Below, in pieces: positions 42,090 to 55,495 of a stretch of DNA of 64,000 nucleotides. Below the pieces are notes generated by a model. The model was not told the DNA's origin. It made no database searches and worked only from the letters and a program-made list of their open reading frames with translations. This DNA is from Octopus sinensis. Taxonomy: Eukaryota. The DNA lies in the NCBI RefSeq assembly GCF_006345805.1, contig NC_042999.1, positions 99,572,001-99,636,000 of the forward strand, written 5' to 3'. Within the stretch, counting starts at the first letter, position 1; every line of letters begins with the position of its first letter. The position numbers and the translations under genes were made by a program.

Positions 42090-43420
42090 TTAGGAGTAGG
42101 ACGGCTCCAGTTATCGTGACCGCTCACTAATATTCATATCCTAGTTGCTGCAAACGGTCTTTGAGAGCGCCTAGCCTCTTCGTCCGAGAGTTGCAGCAGG
42201 CCGTCAAGACAGCTACTAAAGTTTATAATTCTTTGTGGCCTATCCCTTTTTCTAAAGAGTTATCCAACGTGTTGCTGGAAGACCGCGCTCATTTGCTTGA
42301 GATCGTGCAGTACGCGCTCATCCTGGTCTGTCAATCACGGAACCTGTGACTTTGTTGCCACTCGCGCCTCCACCGCTGTAACGCATTGGACGATATTCAT
42401 TCCTTATTGTTTTATGTCACAAGCGCTAGCTCCGAAAGCGCAGCCTTTGTGTTTAATATTCAAGAAATGATCAAGGGCCATTCTAGCCGCTAGCACATTG
42501 GTCACGATGTCACTTCTAATTGTTCATTAACTAGTTCATTAACTAGCTCTGCGTCTAATCTATTTCTCTCCATTATTTGCTCTTTAATAAATGCTATTGA
42601 CCCATATTTAATTGTTCACTTCAGGGTTCCTCATCATATGTTATTGGTTATTGCCCGCCCCCATTAGTTTTTTCTTAACTCGCTCGCTAATCCGGTCTTT
42701 GAAGTCTTTTCGTGCCGGGAAAGACTCGTTCAACTTCCAGTAGCCTGTCTATGAGTCCTCTGTAAGGCAACTGTGAAGGTCAGAAACTTGTGAACTGTGT
42801 AGTCGACCAGTTTGAATTGTGGACACCCTACCATATCTTTGTTAGTTAACCTAACGAATGCTCTATCTCGGTACGATCTGGAAGACCTATCGGGGGTTTC
42901 TCCAAGTCAAAATTTGCACATTTGGGAAGGGTAGTTGTTACCTATGAGACAGTTGGAAACGTCTGAGCATGTTTTTTGAGTTTTTTTGCATCCCCATCTA
43001 TGGGGTAAACATAACGCAATCCTATCGTGCGACCAAAATATCATTCCAGTCCCTTACTTGAACTAAAGAGTGGGAAGTAGCTAGAAAGGTTTCTAGACAT
43101 CTAAAGAAATCTGGCAGTCCAGACCTGGTGGATGCACAGACAGTCGCTAATATGAAGTACTGCTTTTACTTTCATTCACATCTAGTACCACCAACTTATC
43201 TACCGGATCTAGGAAGATTTTCTCCTCCTCTAAACCAAAATTCTTTTCGGGAAAGTTGAACTACTCTACCGCTGGATCCTATCAGATCACTATATGAGTA
43301 CGTCTTTTGATCCTCAAACATTGGGCTGAGTCTGTCCCAGAAATTGTGGATTCAGTAATGGGTACCACAGCTTAGTCAAGTGATAGCCATTACTGAACCC
43401 ACAATTCCTTTTTACTGTGA
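42090..43420 (-). mobile_element. Degraded Tx1/L1-like LINE: APE endonuclease and post-EN linker
   Basis: Minus-strand remnants include VVLDV, PDFFRCLETFL, RDWNDIL (GDWN/GDFN-like), CPQFKLVDYT-HKFL and GYWKLN (42729-42745). Confidence 0.75.
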
Positions 43421-43783
43421 TTGTATGTTTTCTTTTTGCTGTGTTTGTATGTTTTGTTATGCTTGTGTATTTTCTTCCTGTTGTACTAGGCACAGTGGGA
43501 GGTTTGGTTGTTGAAACGATGGGTTTGTGATTAATTGTTTTTGTTGCCCTTGGTGTTATTTCGGTGCGTGCGCTACTGTGTGACAATTTGGGGGTATTTT
43601 GGGACGTGTCATCTACGTGAGGAATTATGGCCTCTTGCCTTTTGTTTTGGGGCTTTTCTGGTCATCACTTGCTATTCTCTGGGCTCCACCGCTTTTTTTC
43701 GTTGTTTAAGAATGATTCAGCAGGGGAAAGTAGAGGCTGGTTGTTTGTGCGTGTGTGTGTGTGTGCGTGTGTGTATGTGTGTG

Positions 43784-43824
<41 letters not shown>

Positions 43825-43984
43825 ATGTATGTGTGTGCGCGCTCTTGTCTGAAGTTCCTGGTGCTAGTGTTGGAGTTGTTGATGTAGTTTCTTTGGAGTA
43901 GGCAGTATATGGCTGAGCACTCTACAGAGACGCTTAGCCTTGATGTAGTTCTTAGAGAGATTTAGCATAACTCAAAATGTGACA

Positions 43985-44152
43985 CGGTCGGCCCCTTTAA
44001 ATTTCATGTGCATCTCATTTTTGACAGCTAAGTGAACTGGAGCCATGTGAAATAAAGTGCCTTGCTTAAGGACACAAACTGCCGCCAAGAATCGAACACA
44101 CGAGCTTACAATCTTGACTCGGATAGTCTAACCACTAAGCCACGCACCTTCA
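43985..44152 (-). mobile_element. tRNA-derived SINE (family C)
   Basis: Minus-strand head gtgaaggtgcgtggcttagtggttag (A-box) followed by gtgttcgattc (B-box-like). Confidence 0.75.
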
Positions 44153-44448
44153 CATTTAGAACCTAGCAATTACGTCTGCTCTAACCTGCATAACGTTCGA
44201 AAAGCAAGTCATTTGTCTAGTGTAATCAAGAAGACAGAATACTTTAGTAGGATTTACAAATATTTAGCTTTCGATGTGCAAAATAGTATGTGTATGTGTG
44301 TAAATATATCATACATATATATACACATATTTGGATATATATGTGTGCATATATATCATACATATATACACATATATGGAAACATATGTTTGTATATATA
44401 CATATTACCACGACATAATGGAACCAAATATATATCTATATATATATC

Positions 44449-44498
<50 letters not shown>

Positions 44499-44672
44499 AG
44501 TATATATACATATCTATATATGCACATATATGTATGCATAAATACAGACATGTATATGCGTGTATATGTATATATATGTATATACATAAGCATATATATA
44601 CATATATATGTATATATAGAGAGATAGAGAGATAGATATAGATATGTATATTACAATGATATGTATGCACAC

Positions 44673-44705
<33 letters not shown>

Positions 44706-44713
44706 TATATATA

Positions 44714-44747
<34 letters not shown>

Positions 44748-47700
44748 TGCAATGAAAAGCGAAGTCGATAAAAAGCAAGTCTATTTTCGAAAGACAAAGA
44801 ATATTGCAAAATGAATTTTCTTAATTTGTTTCAAGTTGACATATTTTCTACTTAAATGAAAATATTTTTTTGTGTAAATTAACCCAATTTTTTGCTGTAT
44901 TCAACATTCACGAAAATATATGCAATATATGCACTTCTTCTCATCAATGTCAATTGCATGAAGTTTTCCAAAATGCTTTTATTATTCACGAAAAGTTTTT
45001 CAAATACCAACACAAATAATATCACAATTTCCTTTTCAAAAGTTTTTCTTTAAATATATAGAATCATTCTTTGACAGTTTCCACTAGCAGACATTTCAGT
45101 TTATTTCTGTTAAATTATTTCATTAATTGTTTTCATAATTCCAGCTATTATTTGACAGAATTTCTAGAAAGTAAACATAAATAACTCTAAAGATATTTTG
45201 ACAAGTGCCATTAATGCAACACGATATTTTGAGATTTTATTTATCCATATAAGAAAATTACCACTATTACTGTTACAATAGGAAGATACAGAATTGATTG
45301 GATACGAAAGAACTGTGACTGGCCTATACATAAATATTGTTTCTAGGAAGAGAAAGTTTGATGAATTATATAACCATATAATCAATTTTGAAGAAAGACA
45401 TGGTGACACTTCTAGTTGATTGGAAGCGATTGTCTATTAATTTAGACTTCAAGCACGACTGCTATTTAAATGAAAATTCTTAATGGCATATGTATATACT
45501 TTTTAAATAAATGAAGTTGTGATAATCTATGTAAGCACGCAAGTAAGAAATTATATTACTTTCGTAATGCAACCATATCAACATTTTTTATTCATATTTT
45601 AGTAACAGATAATATTTCTTGTTAACGATTAGGTTTACAGTGAGTCTTTTATTGATATAAATACATTGTCTGCATTTTTACGAAAGTGCTATGAATTCTG
45701 CTTATACAGGGAAAACTTTTAATATATTTTTAATAATAAAGGATGAAACACTCATTGAATTCCAGTCCAAAGCACTTTGAATTGTTAAGCTTTTGCCAAA
45801 TATTCAAAAATAATGTTTAGGAATCGCCGGAATCATGAAATCCTTATACAAGTAAGGAACGTTTCATACGACGGACGGGGTTTTTAAGAACTGGGCTTTC
45901 GCAACCTTACACATTTGGGTTAAAGATCTACCATTTCGGATGCCTATGTAAGCATTATATAAACTTGTACATCTATCTGTGCGTATTGCCTTCACTATTT
46001 GATAATAGTGAACACTAAGAGAAAATAGATCTTAATACCTAAAAGTACGTAACCCAACAGAGAGCATAAGAATTGTTAGGTTCTAAATAGATTATGCTTT
46101 TATATATTAGTCAGAGAAGAAACCATAAGGCTGGGGAGGTTGGCATTGATTTTTAAGTTCTGCAGTTTGACATCTGCCAGAGAAACATGGATGAAGAGGA
46201 CATCTTAGAGATTGCAACTCTAGAGTCTGGGAAGTAAAACTCAAATGGGAATAAAGAGATGACGAGAGATGGGTGTATTGGGTAGGGTTATATAGAAAAG
46301 ACCAGCAGATTGCCAATTAAGAGGAATAGATGAGCAGAAAGTATTGAAGAAGCAGCAGGAAAGAAAAATAGGAAAAGCAGCAAGACTTTGAACCTATAAG
46401 GTTTAGCATGTCTGTAAACGAATTTCTGCTAACCAACCGAAAGGCCTTCCTTTAAATGTAGATTTATAAAGTTTAAAACCAATTCTCACATAATTTTCGC
46501 ATTGGATTGAAAGGTAAAAGAGCTGAACGTGTGCATCTGCAACTTTGCTGAGCTTCATTCAGCTTTGTCCTATCTGAAAATAACTACTGCAAATCATTTA
46601 ACTGCTGCCAATTTATCTTCAGTGTTAACTAAAATAAAAGCAGTTTGAACAAATGAGGATTTGTCACATTGACTGCACAAAAGGGGAAATGCTATTCATT
46701 TAAGTTGACTTTACAACATATCAGTTGTTACTTACATTTATACTGTTTTTATAGCCCAAAGACATTTTTTTAGCAAGCTTTGCATTATACCGATGATTTT
46801 TACATCAATAGCTTTTTTTTCTTTACCTATACATCCATGCCAAGGTGAAATTATGAACTACAGTAAGCCATTCCAATTTCCTACATAAGCACCACAAAAT
46901 TATTTTAATTCTCTTAAAATAATTTAAGTATACTTATGAAATACTGTAAAATTAGTCAACTGTGTTGAGAATTGAGAAAGATAAGCTACGTCTGTGTAAA
47001 AAAATCTTAAGAGTCAGATTAAGACTATGTTGAAATTGCTAAAGTGTTTGCTATCAAAAATGTGGGAGAGAGAATGAGATAGGAGAGAGAAATAGAAGTA
47101 GAGGGAGTGACAGACAGACAGACAGGCAAAGAAAAAGAGAGAAAGAGAGAGAGAGAGAAAGAAAGAGGATTACAATTGCAGACAATAACAGAAAGATACA
47201 CTGAGTAAGATACTGAGGGAAGTACAAAGGACTGGTAGTGATATATAGAGGGAGAGTATGATGGATAACTCTTTTACTGGCTTCAGAAAATCGGATGTGA
47301 CCATATTGGGACATCAGCACGTAAGCATGGAGAAGTGATATAAATTAGTAATAAAACACTACATAATATATGTGTAAAGCACGGAGTGGTGGAGTAATTT
47401 GAGTATTTAACGACGATGCAGCATAGGGGAGAGGGGGGGAAATGTATTTCACACATATTCTGATATTTCAGTGATTATAATTGATATAAAATCGATGTCG
47501 TAATGAAAATGTTATATGCATATTTATACTCGTATGTAATCTAAGTATGTTATATTACGCTACGCATCTATATAGCTAAAATAAATATGTGTATACTATT
47601 ATATATGATGATATATCTTCAATATATTGCTGTTATTTGATATTGTACTAGTGCACATCGACTCAGTGATTCGTTGAGCTTTTGATATTCAGATGTTGAT

Positions 47701-47817
47701 GTAGGACTCTGTACAAAATAAAGTATAGTCTTATATTTCTGCACTCCTTCAAATGAACACACATGTAAGACATATGCACAGTACAAATATATTATCTATT
47801 TCAAGTGATGCACTCAC

Positions 47818-47854
<37 letters not shown>

Positions 47855-48123
47855 TACATTAAAACCAGCTTTAAAAGAGGTAGGCTTATGGCAGATTTTG
47901 TAGTGATATTGCATTAAAAGAATAGAATATAAAAATGAAATAGGAAATAACACGTTTAAAGGAAGGCCTTTCGGTTGGTTATAAATATCACCCTTTTCCT
48001 TTGTATGTTTATATATATATATATGTGTGTGTGTGAGTGTGTGTGTTTGTGTATGTGTGTGTGTGAATGTGTGTATGTGTGTGTGCATGTTTGTGTGTGT
48101 GTGTAATCTTATTTGATAAATAC

Positions 48124-48310
48124 TATGTTTTCATATGCTTCTATTAGTTTCATGTGCTGAGAACATGCCAAACGTTGTTTTACGTTTAATAATACGTTTA
48201 TAATACGTTTATAATACGTCTGATGATTCTGCTGGGACACCAGACGTGTTATAAAACAATGTTTGGCATGTTCTCATCACATAAAACTAATAGTAGCACA
48301 TGAAAACATA
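48124..48310. mobile_element. Fold-back MITE-like element
   Basis: ~58-bp imperfect inverted arms (tatgttttcatatgcttctattagttt...caaacgttgtttta and taaaacaatgtttggc...tagcacatgaaaacata), an internal 12-bp tandem repeat, and TA at both ends. Confidence 0.75.
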
Positions 48311-48450
48311 TGTGGTGTTTATTAAATAATATTTATCCCTCACCAGATGGAATACATTTTGTCGTTGATCACGGCACAGAACCGTGCACTATACACACAT
48401 ACATACACGCGCGCACACACACACACAGACACACACACACACACACACAC

Positions 48451-48483
<33 letters not shown>

Positions 48484-48496
48484 GTATTTTATATTA

Positions 48497-48555
<59 letters not shown>

Positions 48556-48631
48556 AAGTAAGTTAGGGGTTGTGGATCCAACCTACTTATCCAATATACT
48601 GTTGTATACACACATACACACACACGCATAT

Positions 48632-48695
<64 letters not shown>

Positions 48696-49499
48696 TACCT
48701 CATTTTTAACTGCCTTCCACCTAAATACACTTGACATGTATAGGCACAAGTTACTTTTTCCATAGGCTGAAACAGCTGTAATTGATTTTAATGATTTTAA
48801 TAATTTATATTAATATATTTTTTAATAACTACTTGTATTCTTATCTTATATGCATGGAATTTTATACTGTATATATGTATGTTATTATGGTTGTCGTTTT
48901 GAGAAATAAGTAAGTCAATATCCTAATATCCTAAAGCTGATAAACCAACTAATGTGTTTCTCCATTTTCGTATTTGTAATATATATATGGATTACAACAC
49001 ATAACCACACATCAACTCATTTTTACTTTACATCAACAGACCCTGCTGTATTTAACATTATCTCAAAACAAATGAACGAGGAATAAGATTCCATTATCAC
49101 AAAACAAACATCATACCTATATCAGCTTAATTCTCGTTCATTAACCCAAGATGAATATTTAGTTCCATTTTGATGAGCACACCATTGGTCATAAAATTTA
49201 GCAGTGGTCTGCCGGGGCTTTTAGACCTGTACACTAAGCATTCAACGTTGTTCTTCCGATATCTTTTTTTTTCTCTAGTTTCATCTCAGAGCTGCGGCCA
49301 TGCTGATGCACCGCCGATGATTATATATGGATAACAAATCCAGCTTAACGAAAAGTAAAATACAACAGTTGATGCTATGCTGGCTGAGGTTATTAATCCT
49401 GGTAGGGATATAGTAACCGATCATGTGTTGACCATACTAATTATGATCATATGAAATGGTTCACAAGATCAACGGAGTTTAATAGATGCAATCCTGATT

Positions 49500-49790
49500 T
49501 CACTCTCCATGAGAAAAGATACTAACTCCAACAGTAGAAACTTTCTAATAATTGACGGTAAGTGATGCGTAAGGCATTTTGTGAAATGGTTGCATATATA
49601 GATATGTTCCATCGGAATCCAAAAGCCTCAATAGAGATTTAGATCTGGTACAGGCACCACAGATATGGTCTTCATTGTCAGAGAGTTGCATAAACTACTC
49701 TCTTTACCTAGTTTTTATTCATCTAACGAACGCCATTGACACAATGGATGGAAATGGGCTGTTGAGAATCTTCTGAAAATTGAGATAATC
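49500..49790 (+). mobile_element. RTE-like LINE RT fragment
   Basis: FRSGTGTTDMVFIVRELH and LYLVFIHLTNAIDTMDGNGLLRI match RTE-type GFRxGRSTxDxIF...FIDLxKAFDTV. Confidence 0.75.
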
Positions 49791-52592
49791 AACTAGTATT
49801 GTTGATAATTTTTTTTTCAATACACATTTCTGTGAATCATAACTTAAACTCAAATAGTGTTTCGACAGAGCCAATGTTGTGGGACAACTTTGCTCTTCAT
49901 ACATATGTCAGTGTCGATTGCTCGTACATCTAAGTGTAATATAGACATCTTTGTCTACAATTGCATAACATGTAAACGGTTTAACCTGAATTATTTCAAA
50001 GTTAAAATTATACACACTAATATATACATATACATATACACATGCATACATGAATACGTAAATACTGCATGCGTTTGTATTCGTGATAGTGGCGGTGGGT
50101 GTATGTATATTTACATCATTTTAGCTAGTTTGAAATTGTTACCATTGTTACTTAGGATACAGTTGTACTCGCATTACACTGTTGCATTTAAAAAATTTCT
50201 TTCTTTTCTATCTTTCATTTTTTACTTTAACATACAGTAGAGTCTCTTCTTTTATTGATATTGATATGGTGAGGTCTATTGCCAAAGAAACATGGCATGA
50301 TAAAAGTTTAACAAGGGAGAGAAACTAAACAAATCTCTTCTTGAAAGTTGATATAATTATAATGTTTCTGCCGGGAGCACAAGCGGAACTGTTAATTGGA
50401 TAAAAAAACAAAAAAAACAAATGAATACTATTTTTTCCGCTTATTACAATATAGAAGACGCGTTGAGTCATTCATTTGATGATCAATATTTCTGTCTGTT
50501 TAGTTTGCTTTTTTGTCTCTAATTAACATGTCATACCTACATAACATATTGTGGGAGCCTCTGACATGAGCTGTCAATTTGTTAGAAATAGCAACACCAT
50601 CTCCTTCAAATCATACCCTGCCTAAGAAAGATTGACTAATCCTGGCCCACGAATAATAAGCCTGAATTACATAAGTGTGATGGTCATACCTGAGATACGT
50701 TGCTTCATAGATCTATACGACTAGGGTGTGCTTGATGTAAAGAAACAGCAAAAACAACAACAACAGCTTTATAGTACTTTTGTGTGGGCACAAGCCTTTT
50801 AAAGCAGTAGTAAAATTTATCCCGACAAAATCAATTCTATCTTTAGAAAAGGAACTCAGCTAAACAATACGAGAACATAATCTCCATCGTATAGATAAGA
50901 GACAAAGCTAGGCAACGTTGATTGTAATATTTCTTTGATCGGTTGTTTTCATACATTAATAAATCAGATTTCTCGAGCAGAGTTTAAAAGGACAATCGAA
51001 TAGCAACAATACGCAGCATTTCTTAATATGACCAATGGATATTGCATTAAGTAGCTAGACTACTTATTGCAGATTTATGAAGATATACCTTCTTATAGCA
51101 AACAAGTCTTCCTAGAAGAAATGTATTAGCTTTATGCGGGCCCGTAAAAGATCTTCTTAGCGGTCGCCGACATGCTAGATATAAGAGCCAAATCAATAAA
51201 AAAAGGCGTAATAACATATTGAATAATATAGTCTGAGAGGAATGAGTTCTGAAAAGATCAGATTTTCTCGAATAGGACTCCTTTGATCCTACGTCTGTAG
51301 GATAAGAGCTAACTGGGGTCTAAGCGAAAACATACTAGGTTCATAACTTTCTAGGAGTTCATAACTTAGTTTCTAGGTATTATAACTTAATTTTATGTAT
51401 CTCGCATGGATTTCCGTAGAATGTAGTTCACATGATACTATTTCTTTCCATGCAAATATCTTTTCGTCTTCAATTTGTGTTGAATACACTAATTTACCCA
51501 AAAAGGTGTCGCTCTGTTTTTAATTCCCATTAATGCTACTCATCATTTCAAATGATTTTACTTTAGAGAGGGATGTCAGTGTATTGAACATTTCAACCTG
51601 AAAATTTACTTCTGAGCGAAATAAAAACAATGACGTGGAATATCTTCCAATGAAACATTGCTCCAACTCGTTAAAGCAGAGATTTATGAGCTAACAAGGG
51701 AAACATATGCTACGTCTTCAGCTGCTGAAAATAGCAACCAGATGTCCTTTCGTGAGGGTTAACAATAAAACAACAACAACAACAATACGTCTATCATCCT
51801 AATATGCAGAGAGGTCAACTAGGTCATTGAGAGCTATGTGTCATTCCGAGAAACTAATTCCACGTTAGTGATAGAGCTCCAATTATTGTGTAAGTGCAAA
51901 TCTTACACATTCTAATTTAAATATTCCGTTTATTTTTGTGCAGAAAAATAAATAGAAGGCAATTAATTGAAGCATTTCGACGTCCTAATATGTCTGTCTT
52001 AAATAATGTTACCAATACGCTTACTGTAAAGACAATGGATTTGATAATGGCTAACAAGATTTGAAGGAATGTATTAAGAAAATAAATATTTGACTAGAGT
52101 AATCCTACCAAAAGAACACACACATATATATAAATAATTATATATATATATATATATATATATAATACCCATACATGCATATATACGCGAACATATAGAT
52201 AAATACACGCAGACGCGCATACATATACGAAGCATGTTAAGTTGAAAGTGAAGCCTACATCACTTTTAAAGATTATCAGAAGCCGATTTCTAATAAACTG
52301 ACTCGTCAGTTTAGCATAAGCAACAAAAATATTTAAAACAATATCCACGAAGATAATGTTAAACCTATTACAGAACAATGGTAATACGTTATCGTTGGTT
52401 AATAATATACATTGCTAAATAGTCTCAAAGTTACAAATTTTGAATTGATTATTTTGATTTAAATAGTTGAGTAGTCATGTTACTAATCCCAGAAAGACAA
52501 AAGTGAAGATTCTCTGTGTAAGATTAGAACACTGTACGTAAAGCGCTGGAACTAAACACTACAAAGCATTTTGTCCTTAATAATATGAAGAA

Positions 52593-52649
<57 letters not shown>

Positions 52650-52699
52650 GAAAAAACAAGTCAAAAATAGAAAATGCTAAGATAATTTTATAGTGAATC

Positions 52700-52746
52700 T
52701 TTCAGTACCGGTTTCGGTCATTTTGAGACCTTTTCAACTGTAACGA
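52700..52746 (-). ncRNA. Second copy of the U3-A8 minimal hammerhead (inverted 5' pLTR)
   Basis: Reverse complement of ttcagtaccggtttcggtcattttgagaccttttcaactg; the core is identical to the 55286-55330 copy. Confidence 0.75.
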
Positions 52747-53233
52747 TTAAATAATTAAATTTAGAAAAATTAGAAGAAAAGTTTTTTTAAAAGAATATTT
52801 CTATAGTAGTGTTCAGGTATAAGTAGCATTCTGCTTTTCTCTGACTCCCTTGTTTGCACTTGTGTGTTCGAGGTCGTTGTGAGTTTTTGGTAGGGAAGGT
52901 GAAGAATAAGGAGGCTGATGTGGAGAGGGGGTGGGGAAATCTGGGAATGCCTTGATGGTCGTATTTTGAATGGTCAGTGGCTGACAGCAGTCACAGTTCA
53001 ATTCAGGAATTGTTTATGGAATTTGCGTAGGCGTTATACTGAAAGACATTAGTGACAAGGTTAAGGGGTAGAAGGTGGAGAAGTAGAAAAGAAGAAGAAG
53101 ATGACGATGTTGATGATGATGAAGAAGAAGAAGAAGAAGAAGAAGGAGAAGGAGAAGATGATGGTGATGATGGTGGTGATGATGATGACGACGATGATGA
53201 TGATAATGATGATGATGAAGAAGAAGAGGAAGA

Positions 53234-54652
53234 AAACACCATACTGGTATCCTTCGATGTAGTCAACCTCTACTCCAATATCCCCCACAACCTAGGACTA
53301 GAGGCAATCCAATTCTGGCTAGAGAATCACGCCAACGAACTACCACACCGCATCAAAAAAGAATTTGTGATAGAAGGGGTTAAATTCATCCTGGAAAATA
53401 ACTTCTTCGCCTTCAATGACAACTTCTACCGACAAAAATCGGGGACTGCGATGGGTACACGAATGGCCCCCTCCTTTGCCAACCTAGTCATAGGATACCT
53501 AGAGATCAGTCTGTATCGTAAGGTTCTAGAAAGATATGGCAGCCCTTTCTCTATCTACATAGAAAACAACTGGAAGAGATATCTAGATGACTGTTTCATT
53601 CTTTGGCATAAAAATATAGAAAAACTCATAGAATTCCAGGAAATTTTAAACGGACTGGACGTACGTAACATCCAATTCACGATGGAATATAGCAGCAACA
53701 ACTCCCCTTCCTCGATATCCTCATTAAGAAAGCTAATAATATAATAGAAACAGACATATACTATAAGCCTACAGACTCTAAGCAATATCTTCCATTCAAT
53801 TCATGCCACCCCAGACACACCAGGATGAATATTCCCTTCAATCTAGCAAAAAGGATATGCACTATAGTCTCTAACGCAAACACCAGAGACACACGACTAC
53901 AAGAACTAAAAGATACCCTTATCACCAGGAACTATCCAACTTCACTTATTGACAAGTGCATTCAACGTGCCCTTCAACTTAACATCAAGGAACTGAGACA
54001 TCCCAAATCAAAGAAAAACTTACAACCAAAAGCCTTACCATACATCTCCACACACAACCCTCTCAATAACGAAGCCTTCGGCACCATCCTCCACAACATA
54101 CCTCTCCTAAAAAAAGACCACAGAATGAACACAATCCTCCAAACACACACGATCATAAAAAGCAAAAGACAGCCTAGATCCATGAAAAGTCTCCTAACAC
54201 AAGCCCGAATTCACTCTTCAACACAGAGGCCGACAGTAAAAAATTGTGGAAGACCCAATTGCGGGATATGCGACTATCTAATTGAGGGATCAGAGTTCTC
54301 CTTCAAACAGGGACAACGGTTTACAGTGAAAAGCAACTTCACATGTGCTTCGGAGAACCTAATATACTCACTAACCTGCTCCGGGTGTCAAGAGCAGTAC
54401 ATAGGCCAAACAAAAAATGGTTTGCGTATACGAATGGCCCTGCACAGATCCCAGATAAAAATTCCCCAAAACAGAAAAATAGCTTTTAGCCAACACATAG
54501 ATACTTGCGCCAACAAAAAAACACCAAACTTCAGGATTTCCCCCCTCTACCAATTTAGGGACGATACAACCTCGAGACAACGAATAAGTAAAGAAAATCT
54601 CTTTATTACAAAATACAGGCCACTTCTTAACGGGTCTACGACAAACAATTAA
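53234..54652 (+). pseudogene. PLE RT + GIY-YIG endonuclease coding region with one frameshift (~53700)
   Basis: ORFs 53052-53744 and 53825-54652 join through a single -1 shift just before LPFLD. The shifted frame reads QLPFLDILIKKANNIIETDIYYKPTDSKQYLPFNSCHPRHTRMNIPF without stops. Confidence 0.93.
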
Positions 54653-55285
54653 TATACCTCAACTTAGAATAAAGAAATATAACACACACAAATATTACTT
54701 CCATAGAATCCATTACTAATCAGCCCCATCACAGCTATACTTTCACCCACTCATATTCTCCCATCTCTGTTTTTTTCTTCTTCTTCATCTTCTTCTTCAT
54801 CATCATCATTATCATCATCATCGTCGTCATCATCATCACCACCATCATCACCATCATCTTCTCCTTCTCCTTCTTCTTCTTCTTCTTCTTCTTCTTCTTC
54901 TTCTTCTTCATCATCATCATCAACATCGTCATCTTCTTCTTCTTCTACTTCTCCACCTTCTACCCCTTAACCTTGTCACTAATGTCTTTCAGTATAACGC
55001 CTACGCAAATTCCATAAACAATTCCTGAATTGAACTGCGACTGCTGTCAGCCACTGACCATTCAAAATACGACCATCAAGGCATTCCCAGATTTCCCCAC
55101 CCCCTCTCCACATCAGCCTCCTTATTCCTCACCTACCCTACCAAAAACTCACAACGACCTCGAACACACAAGTGCAAACAAGGGAGTCAGAGAAAGGCAG
55201 AATGCTACTTATACCTGAACACTACTATAGAAATATTCTTTTAAAAAAACTTTTCTTCTAATTTTCTAAATTTAATTATTTAATC

Positions 55286-55330
55286 GTACAGTTGAAAAGG
55301 TCTCAAAATGACCGAAACCGGTACTGAAAG
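55286..55330 (+). ncRNA. Minimal type I hammerhead ribozyme, U3-A8 core variant (3' pLTR)
   Basis: CAG-TTGAAAA-GGTC tcaaaat GACC-GAA-ACCGGT-A-CTG. Stem I is CAG/CTG, stem II is GGTC/GACC, stem III is the palindrome ACCGGT, and the cleavage triplet is GUA. Confidence 0.75.
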
Positions 55331-55407
55331 ATTCACTATAAAATTATCTTAGCATTTTCTATTTTTGACTTGTTTTCATATATATCAACTCGTGTGTTCC
55401 TTTCCAC

Positions 55408-55495
<88 letters not shown>

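Larger units (their letters stand above)
52645..55410 (+). mobile_element. Young 5'-truncated Penelope-like retroelement (Neptune-like) with an inverted 5' pLTR copy, inserted in (TA)n
   Basis: Arms ~52645-53234 and ~54782-55385 are near-identical reverse complements (about 5 substitutions plus a few indels by eye). They enclose RT motifs ILVSFDVVNLY, QKSGTAMGTRMAPSFANL and RYLDDCF, the linker CGRPNCGIC, and a GIY-YIG domain (NLIYSLTCSGCQEQYIGQT). (TA)n arrays flank both sides. Confidence 0.95.
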
